Part shown: positions 8,096 through 11,591 of the stretch, one piece after another
Layout: each line of letters opens with the position of its first letter
How positions within the stretch are numbered: position 1 is the first letter of the stretch
Assembly (NCBI GenBank): GCA_963847445.1
Contig: CAWJZV010000040.1
Location: 1-11,591 of the forward strand
Length of the DNA: 11,591 nt
Direction of reading: 5' to 3'
Origin: an uncultured delta proteobacterium
GTDB lineage: Bacteria; Desulfobacterota; Binatia; UBA9968
Position numbers and translations under genes: made by a program
Notes under the pieces: model-generated
The model's input: only the letters and a program-made list of their open reading frames with translations
Database searches by the model: none
Told to the model about the DNA's origin: nothing

Positions 8096-8305
8096 CTAGT
8101 CGTCCAGGCGAAAGCCCAATTTGATCGTCACCTGCCAATAGTCGACTTTATTGTCGGCGACGTAACCGCGGGTATCGACGACTTGAAACCAGTGAATGTT
8201 GTGAAGCGTCTTGCCGGCCTTGGCGATGGCGTTTTGAATCGCCGCTTCCATGGAATCGTGGGAAGAGCCCGTGAGTTCGACTTGCTTGTAAGTATGATCA
8301 TCCAT
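8096..8305 (-). CDS. Dodecin (flavin-binding protein), 69 aa
   Basis: HTYKQVELTGSS, AIQNAIAKAGKTL, WFQVVDTRG and WQVTIKLGFRL fit the dodecin pattern. SD GGAGG upstream. Confidence 0.95.
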   Translation of the reverse strand: MDDHTYKQVELTGSSHDSMEAAIQNAIAKAGKTLHNIHWFQVVDTRGYVADNKVDYWQVTIKLGFRLDD

Positions 8306-8560
8306 TGGAGCCTCCCTTAAATGTCAAGTTGCTTGTTAAGTTCAACTACGACCGTCTGCTAGTAATTATTCAAGCATGAAAAAATGTCGAGTCAAGTTAA
8401 AAAATAATCTGTTGGGAGCTCGACGTTAATGCCGCGGCGTCGCTCTTGCGGCTAACGCATTTACGTTGTCGGACGCTCAAGGTCGGTCCCAACGATGAGA
8501 TCGCCATTTTGCTGCAAGCCTTTCCGCCCGGCGCGTAGTCCGCGCATTACTTCTGTCCGA

Positions 8561-9430
8561 TCAAGGAATTGCTCGGGGTTCGACCTGGTTCCTTGATTGC
8601 GATGGTCTCTCAGTCGATTCACCTGCGCTGACCTCGTCGGTGCGCACCTTGAAACTCTTCAGTGTAGCGGGACCGAAGGTGTTGCTAATGGCGACGTCGG
8701 CGGCGTCGCGGCCGCGGGCGATCAACACGCGTCCGATGCGCGGCGTATTGTTGCGCGCGTCGAAGGTGTACCAATGGCCGTCTAGGTAGGCCTGGAACCA
8801 GGCGGCGAAATCCATCGGTCCGTAGGGCGGCGGCGTGCCCATGTCGCCCAGGTAGCCGGTGCAATAACGCGCCGGGATGTTCATGCAGCGGCAAAACGCG
8901 ATGGCGAGGTGCGCGTAGTCGCGGCAAACCCCGGTGCGCTCGTTGAACGCCTCCCAGGCCGTCTTGGTGCGGCGCGCATGCTCGTAGCCGAATGTGATGT
9001 GGTGGTGGACGTAGTCACAGATCGCCTGGACGCGCCCCCATCCGGTCGGTGAGTCGCCGAACAGTTGCCAGGCGGTCTCCGACAGCCGGTCGGTTTCGCA
9101 ATAGCGGCTGCCCAACAGGAACAGCAGGGTCTCGTCGGGGAGCTGTTCCACCGGCGTCTGAGTCGCCGCCAAGACCACCACATCCAGCTGGCCGCTATCG
9201 CGCACGAGCGCATCGGTGGAGAGCTGGAGCTGGCCTGCGGGGGCGACGATGCGGCTGCACCAGTTGCCGAAGCTGTCGCGATAAGCGGTGAGCGGGACCG
9301 GCGGATCGGCGATCAGGTGGTCGGGGACGATCATGTCGGAGACGCGCGTGTAGTGGACGCTCAAGGTCAGGATCATCGGCGTCGGCTGCGGGCAGTCGTA
9401 GATCAGTTCGTAACCTATGCGGATATTCAT
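8561..9430 (-). CDS. Transglutaminase-like cysteine protease family protein (289 aa)
   Basis: AGGAG upstream of ATG9430 (MNIRIGYELIYDCPQPTPM). Motifs: YRDSFGNWCSR, FLLGSRYCETD, GWGRVQAICDYVH, GVCRDYAHLAIAFCRCMNIPARYCTGYLGD, DFAAW, WYTFDARNN, GRDAADVA. Confidence 0.92.
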   Translation of the reverse strand: MNIRIGYELIYDCPQPTPMILTLSVHYTRVSDMIVPDHLIADPPVPLTAYRDSFGNWCSRIVAPAGQLQLSTDALVRDSGQLDVVVLAATQTPVEQLPDETLLFLLGSRYCETDRLSETAWQLFGDSPTGWGRVQAICDYVHHHITFGYEHARRTKTAWEAFNERTGVCRDYAHLAIAFCRCMNIPARYCTGYLGDMGTPPPYGPMDFAAWFQAYLDGHWYTFDARNNTPRIGRVLIARGRDAADVAISNTFGPATLKSFKVRTDEVSAGESTERPSQSRNQVEPRAIP

Positions 9431-9496
9431 CGTGGGGCTCCTGCTAAGCGCCAGCGTAGCCCGGGGCAAACGCTGGCGTTTGGGTTAAAAATTGGG

Positions 9497-10252
9497 TTAC
9501 GGAGAAATTTCCGCGCAACGGCTCGCGAGCGCTCGGCGCAGCGATTCCAAGATCGCCTCGCGCATGGCGGTCCAATGTCGACCTGCCCTGACAACATGCT
9601 TCTGGTTGATCTCCAGCTCGATGCCGACGTAGGCGCCGGGCGGCAGCCGCCGGCGAAACCAAGCGGTCAGGCCATCGGCTTTTCCCGCGTACGGGTAATT
9701 GCGCCGGACGGCGAGATCGAGCGCGCAAGCTGCGAGGGAACTCTTCCAGCGCTCGCATAAATTCGTTTCGCCCGGTCGGGCCGGATCATAGAGCAAGCCG
9801 ATATCGGTGTCGCGCACCTTGCCGTCGAGCTCGGGTGTAAAGCTATGGGAAGAGAGGTGAATCACCCGGCCGTGTTTGGCGATCGCCCGGGTGACCAGAC
9901 GCTCGGCTTGGGCGCGATAAGGCTGGTAGTAATGTTTCAATATACGTTGACGCACCTCGGCAGGCGCTTTGCGGGTCGCCTCGGAATGAAGGCGCGGATG
10001 GCCGACGGATCGATTGAGGTCAACCAGCAGACGACTCACGGTGGAAGCCACCAGCGGTGCTGCAAATGTCCTTGCCAGCGCTCGTGCCATGATCAGCGCG
10101 CCGGCATCGTAGCCGCGGTGCGAGTCGAGCAGCGGCTGTTGTTCGTGAAACAGGCCGCGATAGGGCGCGGGAATCCGGTTGCCGCCGTGCTCGCAAGTGA
10201 TCACGATGCTGTCGCTTATCAAACCAACACCGTGGATTGCGCGTCCATCCAT
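9497..10252 (-). CDS. N-formylglutamate amidohydrolase-like Zn-dependent hydrolase (~251 aa)
   Basis: Motifs: ITCEHGGNRIP, SHRGYDAGA, SRLLVDLNRS, YYQPY, SSHSFTP, DIGLLYD, RRNYPYAG, IELEINQ. Start uncertain: ATG10252 has an upstream GGAG, and ATG10273 is the alternative. The called start at 10402 overlaps the Anbu gene. Confidence 0.87.
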   Translation of the reverse strand: MDGRAIHGVGLISDSIVITCEHGGNRIPAPYRGLFHEQQPLLDSHRGYDAGALIMARALARTFAAPLVASTVSRLLVDLNRSVGHPRLHSEATRKAPAEVRQRILKHYYQPYRAQAERLVTRAIAKHGRVIHLSSHSFTPELDGKVRDTDIGLLYDPARPGETNLCERWKSSLAACALDLAVRRNYPYAGKADGLTAWFRRRLPPGAYVGIELEINQKHVVRAGRHWTAMREAILESLRRALASRCAEISP

Positions 10253-10283
10253 CGTCGCGGTCTCCGGCAGCATGTTCCGTGGC

Positions 10284-11012
10284 CTACCAATCCAGGTCGG
10301 GCAGCCGGCTGAACACCTGTCGCGTGCCTTGACTCCATTGCTTGCTGAGGGCGCTGAAATAGACATCCTCATTGTCGAAGTGGCGGCGCATTCGCAGTTC
10401 AAGACTGTCCCGCTGGTAGCAGATCAGATCGATCGGCATGCCCACCGACAAATTGCTGCGCATCGTTGAATCGAATGAAACGAGCACGCATTTTGCCGCG
10501 TCGTTCAACGAAGTCGTACGGGTAATCACTCGATCGATGATCGGCTTGCCGTATTTGGTTTCACCGGTTTGGAGATAGGGCGTCTCTATGCTTGCCTCGA
10601 TGAAGTTGCCCTCCGCATAGATGCGAAAAAGCCGCGGCGGTTCGCCGGCGATCTGGCCGCCGAGTATGAACGAGGCGTTGAATTTGATTTCACTCTCTGC
10701 CAGGTGCTGGCCGTCGCGGCGATCGACGTCGCGCATGGCGTCCGACACCAGCAGCGCGGCATCGAACATGGACTCCACATTCCAAAGATTCGGCATCCGG
10801 TCTTTTTCTTTTCCCCGCTGCTTGAGCAAGCTGATGACCGCCTGTGTTCCGGCTAGATTGCCGGAACTCAAAAGCACGATGACCCGGTCAGCCGCGCGTT
10901 CGAACACGGTCATCTTGCAAAAACTGGCAAAATTGTCGACTCCGGCATGGGTACGCGAGTCCGAGGCAAAAATCAGTCCGGTGTCGATCATGACGCCGAC
11001 ACAGTAGGTCAT
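10284..11012 (-). CDS. Proteasome-type Ntn-hydrolase protease (Anbu family), 242 aa
   Basis: M-T-YCVG start exposes an N-terminal Thr after Met removal. Motifs: SDSRTHAGVD, SGNLAGTQ, SFILGGQI, LFRIYAEGNFIEA, QTGETKYGKPIIDR, SFDSTMRSNLSVGMPID. GGAG upstream. Confidence 0.93.
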   Translation of the reverse strand: MTYCVGVMIDTGLIFASDSRTHAGVDNFASFCKMTVFERAADRVIVLLSSGNLAGTQAVISLLKQRGKEKDRMPNLWNVESMFDAALLVSDAMRDVDRRDGQHLAESEIKFNASFILGGQIAGEPPRLFRIYAEGNFIEASIETPYLQTGETKYGKPIIDRVITRTTSLNDAAKCVLVSFDSTMRSNLSVGMPIDLICYQRDSLELRMRRHFDNEDVYFSALSKQWSQGTRQVFSRLPDLDW

Positions 11013-11591
11013 GGCTGCTTATCTCCGTTCAATCGATGCCTCAGTAATCGGTTCAAGTCTGTGCAAAAAGTTGAAAAACAATTGTTCATGTTTCGCCCGG
11101 GTCGCCGTTAACGGCAATTCCCAATAATTTGTCTATTCGCTCGGTTCGCTCTGAGACTCTTGCCCAGTGAACAGCGAATTTTTTGAGCAGCCGGTGTACT
11201 ATCGACACTGTGAAGGGATCGACGATGTTACTCACCGCACGGGCGTGTATTTGTCAAAGATAAGACGTCCCTATCGAAGCTGAAACTCGGGTTTCAGATA
11301 TCGACTGACCAATATAATGGGCAATGGGGCAGAATTTCCGTCCAATGTTAGACAGTTTGGACAATAATTCGCAGTGAGTGTTGGCTGTCAAAGAGTCACA
11401 AAGTCACCGCGTATCTCGCGTCCGAGCGGCGCTGGCTCTTCAACAGCAGATATATTCGCCGCTATCCTGGGTTGGAAGATGGGTTGTCAGGAAGCGAACA
11501 ATTGTCCAACCAGGCGAATGGAAAATAGGTCAATACTCACTCAGGCTCGACCGTAAAACCTTCGGGCGACGGTTACTATTCTTGCCGAACG

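Noticed and set aside
8423-8480. CGTTA..GCCGC/GCGGC..TAACG imperfect hairpin with GCTAAC, superficially attC-like
   Set aside because: No properly paired R/L boxes, no integrase and no cassette array.
9065-9760. 231-aa + strand ORF and other long antisense or alternate-frame ORFs (e.g. 6523..6960, 9845..10312, 3324..3815)
   Set aside because: They overlap well-supported genes, have no recognisable motifs, and are expected as shadow ORFs in GC-rich coding DNA.
10274-10402. Long N-terminal extension of the FGase-like ORF
   Set aside because: It overlaps the conserved Anbu C-terminus, and downstream ATGs fit better.
11387-11406. GTCA three times at 8-nt spacing, resembling a PhoB/OmpR box
   Set aside because: The period is 8 rather than 10-11 nt, and the match is too short to exceed chance.
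11374-11556. 60-aa GTG-start ORF at the window end
   Set aside because: No SD, no protein-like pattern, and it lies in likely regulatory DNA.

Overview
An 11.6 kb moderately GC-rich bacterial accessory region. The style of its stand-alone substrate-binding proteins suggests a Binatia/'Deltaproteobacteria'-type organism (inference only). The + strand carries a YcaC-like isochorismatase-family hydrolase, a pirin split by one extra base, a stand-alone ABC substrate-binding protein, a tandem-domain SagB/ThcOx-like flavin oxidoreductase split by one extra base, a 63-aa hypothetical protein, and a CBM48-GH13 glucan enzyme. The - strand carries a truncated SBP remnant, a dodecin, and a three-gene cluster: Anbu proteasome-type protease, N-formylglutamate-amidohydrolase-like Zn hydrolase and transglutaminase-like protein. 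Two things stand out. The Anbu cluster holds only amide-bond-cleaving folds and lacks the usual ATP-grasp ligase and alpha-E genes. A ~110-nt triple-hairpin element lies between the convergent GH13 and dodecin genes. No rRNA, tRNA, CRISPR array or transposase was seen.
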